Below, one piece after another: positions 11,401-20,143 of a stretch of 64,000 nucleotides of DNA. Source of the DNA: a virus (Duplodnaviria; Caudoviricetes); the IMG/VR virus record IMGVR_UViG_3300027805_000006, one strand, 5' to 3'. Under the pieces are notes generated by a model. That model was not told the DNA's origin and made no database searches. It saw nothing but the letters and a program-made list of their open reading frames with translations. The position numbers and the translations under genes were made by a program. Numbering within the stretch: position 1 is the stretch's first letter; the number at the start of each line of letters is the position of its first letter.

Positions 11401-13253
11401 CTAACAAACGCAATATGCGTCCATTCATTTGCAGAAACTGCTGAAGATGCAGTGGTGTAAATGTCAGCACCATTTGTAAGACCGTTGTAATGAATGCTTG
11501 GAACACCAGCATTTAGGTGAACAACAAATTTTGGAACGGCACCCGGTCCACCTGAAGTTCCATAAATTCCTTCAATTCCACTTATGTTTGTTGCATAAAT
11601 CCAGCACTCAAATGTGAATGAACCAGAGTTCATATCCAGAGTGCTGCTATAAGGAATGCTTAGGTAGTTGTTATTTCCGCTGAAGTACCAACTCCAATTT
11701 ACACCCTCCGTAGAACCTGAAAATGGGTTTGTGCTGCTTGTAGTAGGAGTTCCATTCTTTGTTACCGTAAGTGAATATGGTCCATTGTCCTGCAGCACCT
11801 TGTCCTGCAGTGAAAGGAAAACTGTACCACCTATCAGCCGCGTCTTTGTAGTTTCTGGCGTAAAGGCAGTAGTATAAACCGCTGAGCCCTTCACAATGCG
11901 CAGATTTGAGATATAACCATTGAAGTAATTCGATCCGCCCGTACGTCTTCCAATGCTTAGACTTAGGTTGCTGTTGTTTACTACATTGGTGCTTATCGCG
12001 GTACTTGTCGCTTCAGCCTTACCATTTAGGTACAGCGTAAGTGACGTTCCATTTCTTACGAGCGCAGCGTGGTACCACAAATTAGAAGTAATAGTGGTTG
12101 TTGAAACCAGATTTACTTGAGAGGTACTGTTGTTATGTGCTACAATTGCCTGTAGTTTGTTTGCTGCGGTAAACAAAAAGGTGAATGCTGAGTTTGTATC
12201 ATCTCCACCACCACTTTCAAATTGACTTACAATCCAAGAAGTATCTACAGCACGAGGGTTGAACCAGAACTCAACCGCAAAGTTATCATTGCGGAAGTTA
12301 AATGCATCATTGTCAGCAACAGTAATGTAGTCTGTTGAGCCATCAAAGTCATATGACCAATTTTCCTGCTTTACTACCTTGAATGGAGAGAAAGAAGTTG
12401 CTGCAACGTCGCCATTGACGGTAAGTGCAAAGTTATTGGTGCTGTTGTCCTTTAGGTAAGGATTTTGAAGTGTCAGTAGCGATGTGTTTGCAACAGCAGT
12501 GAATGGAGAAGTTGATGGAGTAAAGGAAGAGGTATAAACACTGCTTCCATTTACTATTCTTAAATTTGAAACTAATCCTTGTAAAAAATACTCAGTTGGT
12601 GCAGGAACAGTTGGATCAGTTCTACTAATAGTAGTTCTTGGTGCTGCTGCAGGTGGGGCGTATGATGACATACTGGCAGCATTAATATCGATCACTCCAT
12701 TTACATATGTGGTGATAGTTTTTGCACTTCCATTATAAACAAAAGCAATGTGTGACCAAGAGTTTAAAGGAACTGTATTTGTTCCAGTTGTAAATTGTGG
12801 CGTTACTGATCCAGTTGACCATTCTACAACTAGACGTCTAGAAGAATCTATGTAAAATGCGGTATTATGACTTACGTTCCAACCACCACCAGAACCATTA
12901 GAAGAGAAAAGCAAACAGGATGCTGCAGCAGGTGTAACTGCAGGATTCAACCACAGTTCAATCGTCCAGTCAGCGTTGCTGTTAAGAAGTAAATTAGCAG
13001 ATGTAGCAGTTGTTAAGTAGTCACCATTCCCATCAAACTTATATGACCAATAAGGGCTGAAAGGTGAGAACGTGCCTTGGCTAGAGGAGGTATTTGTTAC
13101 TGCAAATAAATTATTCGACTCATCAAAGTACCTATCATTCGTGCTTTTTGCAAAACTATCTCCTGCAACTTTCATTACAAGATTTTCTGGCTTGTCCTCA
13201 ACTGTTGAGAGACTTGTTGGTCCAGTTCCCGCGGTGCTTCTTACTGAAAACAT
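8415..13253 (-). CDS. Giant tail-fibre/adhesin protein with about 6 LamG domains and a C-terminal Gly-rich domain
   Basis: 1612 aa; six LamG-type repeats, then a GYKIHSFTS...GGGGGG...GSGIVIIRY Gly-rich tip. Confidence 0.85.
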   Translation of the reverse strand: MFSVRSTAGTGPTSLSTVEDKPENLVMKVAGDSFAKSTNDRYFDESNNLFAVTNTSSSQGTFSPFSPYWSYKFDGNGDYLTTATSANLLLNSNADWTIELWLNPAVTPAAASCLLFSSNGSGGGWNVSHNTAFYIDSSRRLVVEWSTGSVTPQFTTGTNTVPLNSWSHIAFVYNGSAKTITTYVNGVIDINAASMSSYAPPAAAPRTTISRTDPTVPAPTEYFLQGLVSNLRIVNGSSVYTSSFTPSTSPFTAVANTSLLTLQNPYLKDNSTNNFALTVNGDVAATSFSPFKVVKQENWSYDFDGSTDYITVADNDAFNFRNDNFAVEFWFNPRAVDTSWIVSQFESGGGDDTNSAFTFLFTAANKLQAIVAHNNSTSQVNLVSTTTITSNLWYHAALVRNGTSLTLYLNGKAEATSTAISTNVVNNSNLSLSIGRRTGGSNYFNGYISNLRIVKGSAVYTTAFTPETTKTRLIGGTVFLSLQDKVLQDNGPYSLTVTKNGTPTTSSTNPFSGSTEGVNWSWYFSGNNNYLSIPYSSTLDMNSGSFTFECWIYATNISGIEGIYGTSGGPGAVPKFVVHLNAGVPSIHYNGLTNGADIYTTASSAVSANEWTHIAFVRNSTTWTWYINGVASGTGSNDTVITFTNQATYLGYGGEAYFTPFNGYISNLRVVKGSAVYTAAFTPSTSNLSAVAGTSLLALQNSTIVDNSTNAHSISTTGTVLPFNGNAFFSTGEKTTLPAHSVYFDGTGDYLTVADNTALDMEAASFTIECWFYPLTTPNSQTLFSKRASNAAFGGVQVGFGANTLFPSLLATVNGTSWSINIASTVAVALNSWNHIAAVRNGGGWQLYVNGVSGVSTTLGGTVPNNTAAFAIGAGAADGSTAINSSYISNFRVIKGVAVYTANFVPPVAPLDVTLVPSTVSLLTCQGTEIADGSPNNFTVTANGNAAVRKVSPFPLRETDIQVGSGLFAASNTDYLSVAGSSAFAITTSTTPFTIEAWVYPTASGGAIFSDQFTTGTNTVPITLSLSNGTGANNTTGLIPALGYYNGTSWVTAAVSTTAISLNQWNHVAAVFTGSTTKIFINGVDVTAGSPTPATTWGVTGANGDNWYIGRRWDNNATEYFSGHISNLRFVRGTAVYTAAFTPPTTPVGKIANTSLLLNFSSPGVFDTTGNSVLRKVGNAAASYLPSSGAYPKTGKTAIFFDGTGDYFGTQNANTAFGTGDFTVEFWHYPTISNSLYTFIDWRPSETNGQYVSLHRNASNQIVFVVNTTQGITGTTACTAGAWYHIALSRISGTTRLFVNGNLQGIYADTNNYTTPALRPLIGENSFATGTELTGVLDDIKVHRGYGKYSSNFYVSRVATPISAMVATGGTETTADGYKIHSFTSNGTLIVTSPGEFEYLLVGGGGGGGGGGLNVGGGGGGAGGFLQGTATITQTGALNINVGTGGAGGNPGAKGVDSLISSSEISIRAVGGAGGSNSNVTYATGGGSGGGVAGSGTAGTGISGPPRQGNSGATGVGTYGTTFCSGGGGGGAGANGSTGPGQGTGGSGGNGRISRINGTATTYSTGGNGAGANTGVGASGAANTGNGGGGGGGNAVAAGNGGSGIVIIRYKL

Positions 13254-13277
13254 AGTTGATCCTTATCAGTTAGGCAA

Positions 13278-15578
13278 TTACATATTCTGTGCGGCTACGA
13301 AACCTAGCCAAGAAGTGCCGGCATTATAGGTAACCAGCGTAATAACGTCTATCTTAGTTGCAGTTGCTGTGAGTGAAGGTGCTGTACCATTTGGCCACTT
13401 CACCGCTGCGGGCCACACAATTTCTCTACCACCTGTTGCATCCTGCGTTATATACAGCGTCATAGAATAGTTTCTTCCACTTGCAGGAATGTTTGAGAAG
13501 GTAAGCGTTGTGATGTTAGCAGACATCGTCACCGTAAAGTTGTTTGCTGTGGAGCAATCAATGTTGGTGGTGGCAGAAGCAGTAACTGAACCTTGGAACT
13601 CGTCGTACTTAGTAAATGATGAAGGTACAGATACTGTTTGCCAGGTAGGTGCTGCATTTCCATTGGACGTTAATACCTGTCCAGATGTACCATATGCAGT
13701 GCCAGTACTACCAACTGACCAAGCGCCAGTAGCTAGGATACGGAAGCGTTCTGTTAGTGCCGTAACGCCAGTTTTAAATGATACATAACCATTGGTGATT
13801 GGACCCGTATTTGCATTTGCAATGCCACCCGAAATAATCACTGAGCCAACACTCTGAGTAGCGGCTTGAGCGTTTGCAGATGAAATGTTACCACCAGTAA
13901 TGTTAACATTGCCACCATACACATCCATAAAAGCAGCAGAAGCAACGTTACCACCGTTGACATTAACATCTGGTATAAAAGTTGCACTGTTTGGCCCTGT
14001 TGAATTTCCGGCTCGCAATGTTAACCTGCCAGGCGCGCCGCCAGTAGTGTCACCACCTCGGACAACTACATCACCTGCATAGTTGCTTGTTGTGTCTGAA
14101 CCACGAACTGTTGTAACTTGCCGTGTTGATGAGTTACCTTGCGTTCCACCGGCAATGGTGATATTACCTGCAGGTGCGCTCGAGACAGCATTACCAGATG
14201 TAATATTTACGTCGCCTCCTGGTCCAAAAGTGTTAGCATTTCCGCCCTTCAATGTAAGTGAGCCACCAGCACCTGTAGCTGCAAGTGCACCCGCTTGGAC
14301 AGTTAGTCGTGCACCGACTTCAGAAGCAGATTGATTGCCTTGAAGTGTTACTGCCGCTGTTCCATCACCAAATGTGGTAGTATTACCAAATGAAGATGAT
14401 CCTGCTGCAGTCTGCCAAGTAGGTGCAGAACCAGAGCCATTGGAAGTTAGTACCTGACCTGATGTGCCAGTTGCTATGAAACTAGTTGCGCCAGCACCCG
14501 TTTGATATGGGATTTGATTAGCAGAACCGCCTGCCAGGTTTGTGGCAGTTGTAGTACTTGATACATTCTGCCAAGTAGGTGCTGCATTTCCATTTGATGT
14601 TAACACCTGACCTGATGTGCCATAAGCAGTACCAGTACTACCAACTGACCAAGCACCATTCTGAAGAATACGAAAACGTTCAGTTGAAGTTGTTCCAGTT
14701 GTAAAGGATATCATACCTCCACCAGCACCAGTTCCTGTTGCGCCGGCCGCCAGCATAATAGAACCGGCTAGATTAGTGCCAGTTCCAGCACCAGCATTAA
14801 TCCAAATCATACCACCTTGCCCGCTTGGCGCAGCAGCTGCATCGATTGATATTCCCAAACCATTATTTGCATTTGCACTTGAAGCTATATTCAGTTGTTT
14901 ACCACCACTAGTTTTAACAGTTGCGGTGCTTCCACTGCTTGGTGTCAGCGATAGTGTTCCAGTACTATTGTCCCACGTAAATGAAGCGCTACCCGTCAGC
15001 AAGTTTGACCCACTTCCGTAGCCAATGTACGTAGAGGTCAGAGCAGAAGAACCTGAACTAAACTGAGCAAATGTAAGGGCAGTTGTTCCAATTGTAATAG
15101 TACCATTATTTGTAAGTACCCAGCCGGTATCTGCCTGTGTAGTTCCCTCTGTCACAAAGGTGAAATCACCTGCCTTTACCTCTGTTGTTGGCGCGCCATC
15201 AAAATCAGTTGAGCGTGTCCAAGAACCAGAAGCAACGACATAGATACCGTTTTGGGAACCAGTGTTTTGGTTCTTTACAAGTACTCTGTCTCCTGCTACC
15301 AGCACCACTCCGTCAATCGTTTGCGCTCCAGATAGCGTAATGTTGGCTGTAGTTGCGGCTCTTACTGCCGGCTTAACGTTTAGACTATCAAAACTTACGT
15401 TTCCTGAGCCTACTGCCTGCCATTCAGTGCCAGTATAAACATATAGCCCTTCATTGGGGCTATCTGTGCGGTAAAACAGTTCTCCGGTAGTTGGTGATCC
15501 TGGGTTTGAAGTTCCACTTGCAATTGTCAAATTTGAAACTGCAGTGCCTTCAGCAAGTGAAAGTCCATCGTAAAGCAT
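13278..15578 (-). CDS. Tail fibre stalk protein (paralog 2)
   Basis: Same MLYDGLSLAEG anchor; Gly/Thr-rich stalk; C-terminal WPAAVKWPNGTAPSLT domain. Confidence 0.8.
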   Translation of the reverse strand: MLYDGLSLAEGTAVSNLTIASGTSNPGSPTTGELFYRTDSPNEGLYVYTGTEWQAVGSGNVSFDSLNVKPAVRAATTANITLSGAQTIDGVVLVAGDRVLVKNQNTGSQNGIYVVASGSWTRSTDFDGAPTTEVKAGDFTFVTEGTTQADTGWVLTNNGTITIGTTALTFAQFSSGSSALTSTYIGYGSGSNLLTGSASFTWDNSTGTLSLTPSSGSTATVKTSGGKQLNIASSANANNGLGISIDAAAAPSGQGGMIWINAGAGTGTNLAGSIMLAAGATGTGAGGGMISFTTGTTSTERFRILQNGAWSVGSTGTAYGTSGQVLTSNGNAAPTWQNVSSTTTATNLAGGSANQIPYQTGAGATSFIATGTSGQVLTSNGSGSAPTWQTAAGSSSFGNTTTFGDGTAAVTLQGNQSASEVGARLTVQAGALAATGAGGSLTLKGGNANTFGPGGDVNITSGNAVSSAPAGNITIAGGTQGNSSTRQVTTVRGSDTTSNYAGDVVVRGGDTTGGAPGRLTLRAGNSTGPNSATFIPDVNVNGGNVASAAFMDVYGGNVNITGGNISSANAQAATQSVGSVIISGGIANANTGPITNGYVSFKTGVTALTERFRILATGAWSVGSTGTAYGTSGQVLTSNGNAAPTWQTVSVPSSFTKYDEFQGSVTASATTNIDCSTANNFTVTMSANITTLTFSNIPASGRNYSMTLYITQDATGGREIVWPAAVKWPNGTAPSLTATATKIDVITLVTYNAGTSWLGFVAAQNM

Positions 15579-15647
15579 AGTGTTCTCCTAGAAATGGATA
15601 CTGTATATTTACGACATTTTTGAGGTTTATCTTGATATTTGCATAAT

Positions 15648-15677
15648 GCACATTGGCCGCTTTAGCGGCCAATGTGC
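15648..15677. terminator. Intergenic hairpin
   Basis: GCACATTGGCCGC-ttta-GCGGCCAATGTGC perfect 13-bp stem, no clear U-tract. Confidence 0.5.
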
Positions 15678-15716
15678 TGGAACATAACGTACTATTTTAG
15701 TACGGGTTTTACTAGT

Positions 15717-17903
15717 TTAGAATAGATCATTCCAGATCGTTCCATTGTAGCAACGCAGCTTGTTGGATGTGCTATCATAATAAACATCTCCTGCTTCAGC
15801 AGATGCTGGCTCAGCCATTGGAACGTAACGCACGGCGCCATTTTCCTTAACTCGTACTCGCTCAGTAACTGTTGTTGTAGCAGCAGTGCTTAGCGAGATA
15901 TAACCTCCTGCTGCAGCAGAACGTCCGCCCCTAATGTTAACATTACCACCATTTGATGCAATGCCAGACAGTGATGCATTACCTGCAGTAATAGAAACAG
16001 AACCGCCAAGGCCGTTGGTATTAGTTGCAGAAAGTGAGCCACCGTTGATGAAAACGGCACCACCTCCACCATCAATTGTATTAGCGCCACCAGAGATTGT
16101 GACGCTGCCGCCGTTTGACCCACCTGAAATAGATGATGTACCACCAGTAATATTGATTGGCCCACCACCAGCGCCGGCGGCGGAGGTATTGGTGCCACCA
16201 GTAATGTTAACTGCACCACCAAGGAAGCCGCCGCCCGTTGAATTGCCTGCGGTAAGTGTGACTGCACCGCCATTAGCATTTGAAGAGTTACCGCCAACGG
16301 CTGAGACTGCAGTTCCAGTTGTTCCGCTTGTGCCTGCAAGGCTAGTGACTGAAAAAGTCTGCCAAGTAGGTGCTGCATTTCCATTGGAAGTTAGTACCTG
16401 ACCAGGTGTGCCATATGCAGTACCAGTACTACCAACTGACCAGGCGCCATTTGCTAGAATGCGGAAGCGTTCTGCTGATGCTGTTGTTAATACTATATAA
16501 CCAGCTGTTCCAGTACTCGTACCGCCTGCAATAGTAACGTTTCCACCTGCTAGTGCACCAGAAGAAATATTGCCACCTTGTATTTTAACATGTCCTGCAC
16601 TACCTATGGAGTTAGTAGCACTACCTAGAATTGTTAGCGTTCCTCCACCAACTACTCCACTTAGTGTTGTGCTTGCACCAGTGCCTGATGCACCAAGTTG
16701 AAGTGTATTTGCTGCTGATTCCCACGTAAAGTTGTTTGTTCCAGTTAATTGGTTAAACCCATTGCCATATCCGATATATGTGACAGTTAATGAAGGTGCT
16801 ACTGCAGACACCGCCTGCCAAGTAGGTGCTGCATTTCCATTTGATGTTAACACCTGACCTGATGTACCGTATGCTGTGCCTCCTGTGCCAACTGACCAAG
16901 CACCAGTAGCTAGGATACGGAAGCGTTCAACACCGGCTGCGGCTGCAACTTTACCAGTGGTGAATGAGACATAGCCGCTGTTCGCGAGCGTGTCCGAGCC
17001 ACCAGTCGCAAACAAGATATTTCCAGCAGAACCAGTCGCTGAATGTTGTCCAGTGGTGATGGTAATGTTACCAGCAGGATAAGCGTTCGAGCCCGAGCTA
17101 CCACCAGTAATTGTGACATCACCGCCACCTTGCGAAGCATTTGCACCCTGAATAGCCAACACGCCTGGTTTGGTATTCGCTGGTGAACTTGTGATAATAG
17201 TTAAACCACCGCTTCCAGCAGTAGTGCCAGTTGTGCTGCCAGCAATTACGCCTGCTGTTGCTGTTGTGCCGACACTTAATTTTGCTGCTGTATTGTCCCA
17301 CGTAAATGAAGCGCTACCCGTTAGCAAGTTTGACTCACTTCCGTAGCCAATGTACGTAGAGGTTAGCGCAGATGAGCCAGAACTAAACTGAGCAAATGTA
17401 AGGGCAGTTGTTCCAATTGTAATAGTACCATTATTTGTAAGTACCCAGCCAGTATCTGCAAAAGTAGTACCTTCGGTAACAAACACGAAGTCACCTGCCT
17501 TTACCTCTGTTGTTGGCGCGCCATCAAAATCTGCAGCGCGGGCCCAAGAACCAGAAGCAGCTACATAGATGCCATTTTGTGAGCCTGTAGATTGGTTCTT
17601 TACGAGAACTCTATCACCAGCAATAATAGAAACGCCATCAATTGTCTGTGTTCCAGAAAGAGTGATGTTTGCTGTTGTTGCTGCTCTTACTGCTGGCTTT
17701 ACATTTAGGCTGTCAAAACTTACGTCTCCTGAGCCTACTGCGTCCCACGATGCTCCAGAATAGACGTACAGCCCTTCATTGGGGCTATCTGTTCGATAGA
17801 ATAACTCACCAGTAGTTGGTGATGTAGGATTTGACGTGCCGCTCGCAATTGTCAAATTTGAAACTGAAGTGCCTTCAGCAAGTGATAGACCATCGTACAA
17901 CAT
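15717..17903 (-). CDS. Tail fibre stalk protein (paralog 3), lacks the C-terminal VKWP domain
   Basis: Same anchor; ends in GDVYYDSTSNKLRCYNGTIW motif. Confidence 0.8.
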   Translation of the reverse strand: MLYDGLSLAEGTSVSNLTIASGTSNPTSPTTGELFYRTDSPNEGLYVYSGASWDAVGSGDVSFDSLNVKPAVRAATTANITLSGTQTIDGVSIIAGDRVLVKNQSTGSQNGIYVAASGSWARAADFDGAPTTEVKAGDFVFVTEGTTFADTGWVLTNNGTITIGTTALTFAQFSSGSSALTSTYIGYGSESNLLTGSASFTWDNTAAKLSVGTTATAGVIAGSTTGTTAGSGGLTIITSSPANTKPGVLAIQGANASQGGGDVTITGGSSGSNAYPAGNITITTGQHSATGSAGNILFATGGSDTLANSGYVSFTTGKVAAAAGVERFRILATGAWSVGTGGTAYGTSGQVLTSNGNAAPTWQAVSAVAPSLTVTYIGYGNGFNQLTGTNNFTWESAANTLQLGASGTGASTTLSGVVGGGTLTILGSATNSIGSAGHVKIQGGNISSGALAGGNVTIAGGTSTGTAGYIVLTTASAERFRILANGAWSVGSTGTAYGTPGQVLTSNGNAAPTWQTFSVTSLAGTSGTTGTAVSAVGGNSSNANGGAVTLTAGNSTGGGFLGGAVNITGGTNTSAAGAGGGPINITGGTSSISGGSNGGSVTISGGANTIDGGGGAVFINGGSLSATNTNGLGGSVSITAGNASLSGIASNGGNVNIRGGRSAAAGGYISLSTAATTTVTERVRVKENGAVRYVPMAEPASAEAGDVYYDSTSNKLRCYNGTIWNDLF

Positions 17904-17917
17904 AAGCTACTCCTAGA

Positions 17918-17950
17918 AATGGATAAAGCAATGGATAAAGCAATAGATAA
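17918..17950. repeat. 12-bp tandem repeat in the 5' leader of fibre paralog 3
   Basis: AATGGATAAAGC x2 plus partial AATAGATAA. Confidence 0.8.
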
Positions 17951-18001
17951 TATTCTATTTACTTGTCCGCGTGTAATACCCGTGTAAAATACCCTGTTAT
18001 T

Positions 18002-19534
18002 TTACAATATTGCAAATGGCATAGGCTCATCTTCAGCGCCATCTGCATCTTCACTTGGGTCTACATATTCATTTACTCTCTTGAATGCCTCATCATTCCA
18101 CTCTGACAGGCGCTTAAGTAGCCGTACTATGCCAATAGTTGCCATCACCGCATCATCAGTAGCACCTATTTTTGCTTCATAGGTACCACCTTTTGCAGTA
18201 AAGTTCTTCAGTTCAAATAGCAGGTGCTCAGACTTTACGTTTAATCCACCAGCAGTTTTTTCAATAAGTTGCTTCAATTGAAGACAGGATAATATTTTTG
18301 TCTTACCAGTGGTATAAATTCCAAATTTGCCAGGAGCATCAGAAAAAAGTTCAGCATGCTCTGGCTGATTCTCATCGTTCTGATAAAGCGCTGATACTGC
18401 CTCACCAATTCCATTGCGCTCAAACGTCCATAAAACCTCTGCCCGCCCTTTACCAGAATTCGTGCTCAACTTGTTGATAATCCACTTTAACTTTGCGTAG
18501 AACAACGGGATATTCACGTCATTTGTACGGTACTCAGCAACTTGGTTAAGTGAAGGAAATTCAAATACCTCAATGACGCTAAAGTCATTTCCACTTCCAG
18601 TTGCAGGGTCGCAGGAAACAAGGTATGTTTTTCCAATACCACCAATTTCTTCAGGTTTAACCCAAAACTTGAAGCCCATATCGCTATGACTTGGCTGACA
18701 GTGCGCAATTTGCTGCAGCCGCATTGAGTTGATTAATAGCGCATCTGACGAAAGGAATTCGACGCCGACCTCTTGTCTAGTTTTAAGTATACCCAGTTGA
18801 CCCACCATAAGGTCCCAGTATTCATTACCTCTATCTGGGTGCTCTCTCCAATGAACCTCAAATGGAATATATCCATTTGTTCCGGCTCTTGCGCCTCTCC
18901 ACAGTTGTGCAAATAGTTCAGTATCTCCATTTGGCGTTGAACTGATAATTGCAGAACCACCAGTAGAAAGGGTGGGTGAAAGTGATGCCCACATTTCTTG
19001 CTGTATGCGCGCATTTACATAGGCAAGTTCGTCTAGATACAGCTTTGATACTGATAGACCACGACCAGTCTTTTCAGTTGTTGCTTCAGATATAATTCTT
19101 GAGCCATTGTCCATCTCAAGGTTATGACGGTTGTAGTACTTAACACCAGGCTTCAGCCAATTTGGAAGTTGCTCATATGCAAATCTAATTCTTGCCGCAA
19201 TTTCCAAGGCGTGTGATTGGTTCTTTGAAGCAATGAGCACTGTCACGTCATTGGTGAATGATGCGTACCATAGAAGATACATTGCAGTCGTAATCGTCTT
19301 TCCCATTTGGCGTGGCTGAAGTGTAAGCACGAAGCGATTTTCGTGCAGGTGACGCACGTATCTTTCTTGATATTCGTAGAGATCAAAACTGACGGTGCCA
19401 CGAGTTGGGTGCTGAATTCTAACATACTTTTGCATAAAGTAGACAGGGTCTTTCTTGCACTTCATCAACTCCATCACCATATCTGGTGTGTATTCATCTT
19501 CAGCAAATGCTCTTTTGATCTGAGTGTTTTTCAT
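18002..19534 (-). CDS. terL: Terminase large subunit (T4 gp17-like)
   Basis: PRQMGKT Walker A, LYLDELA Walker B, SSTPNG motif, nuclease domain DPATGSGNDFS...DDAVM. Confidence 0.95.
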   Translation of the reverse strand: MKNTQIKRAFAEDEYTPDMVMELMKCKKDPVYFMQKYVRIQHPTRGTVSFDLYEYQERYVRHLHENRFVLTLQPRQMGKTITTAMYLLWYASFTNDVTVLIASKNQSHALEIAARIRFAYEQLPNWLKPGVKYYNRHNLEMDNGSRIISEATTEKTGRGLSVSKLYLDELAYVNARIQQEMWASLSPTLSTGGSAIISSTPNGDTELFAQLWRGARAGTNGYIPFEVHWREHPDRGNEYWDLMVGQLGILKTRQEVGVEFLSSDALLINSMRLQQIAHCQPSHSDMGFKFWVKPEEIGGIGKTYLVSCDPATGSGNDFSVIEVFEFPSLNQVAEYRTNDVNIPLFYAKLKWIINKLSTNSGKGRAEVLWTFERNGIGEAVSALYQNDENQPEHAELFSDAPGKFGIYTTGKTKILSCLQLKQLIEKTAGGLNVKSEHLLFELKNFTAKGGTYEAKIGATDDAVMATIGIVRLLKRLSEWNDEAFKRVNEYVDPSEDADGAEDEPMPFAIL

Positions 19535-20109
19535 ACTTCTCTCTCAAAAAGAAAGTCTTCTATAAGCGAAATAGTTTTTTCGTGCATTACGACCTCAAAG
19601 TGGTTGGCTTTGACCTCTACCTTTTTTCCATATGGCAGCGCCTTTTGGCTGGCAATAGTTACAACGCTGTCATTTTGTTCAGAAGTGGTTGGCAAATTAC
19701 CGCCAACAGAAATAATTGATAGTAGTGGTGCCTTAATTTTCAGGGTGGTGAGACGGGAAATTGTTGCAGACCCAGGAGTAATGTCTTCAAAAACCTTCGG
19801 GTAACCAGGAACCCAGCGAAGGGCAATTGCTGCTTTTGAACCACCGAATGGTGCTGAAATGGAAACTATAGCCTTTACACGGTTTTGCAACTTCTCAGCA
19901 AGATAAACCGCTGCGAGCCCACCAAGTGAATGTGTCACAAATGAGAAGGGCGTTTTTGGTAACTGTTTCTCGATGTCAACAAGGCTCAGCGCAAATGGCT
20001 GATGACTGTCGAAGTTTATGGGAATAATTTCGTGTGCAGGAAGTTTGTTCTGAATATAATTAAACGACCTATGACTAGAATTAAAACCGTGAAGATAGCA
20101 GACTTGCAT
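19531..20109 (-). CDS. Alpha/beta-fold hydrolase (esterase/lipase-like)
   Basis: LHGFNS, nucleophile elbow THSLGG, NDSVV (Asp) and NHFEV (His) catalytic triad pattern. Confidence 0.8.
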   Translation of the reverse strand: MQVCYLHGFNSSHRSFNYIQNKLPAHEIIPINFDSHQPFALSLVDIEKQLPKTPFSFVTHSLGGLAAVYLAEKLQNRVKAIVSISAPFGGSKAAIALRWVPGYPKVFEDITPGSATISRLTTLKIKAPLLSIISVGGNLPTTSEQNDSVVTIASQKALPYGKKVEVKANHFEVVMHEKTISLIEDFLFEREV

Positions 20110-20143
20110 TGAAAGTAGATAATAGTTTATCTACTATTTACTG

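Noticed and set aside
795-17903. Diversity-generating retroelement acting on fibre repeats
   Set aside because: No reverse transcriptase in the window; differences between repeats are mostly synonymous and not adenine-specific
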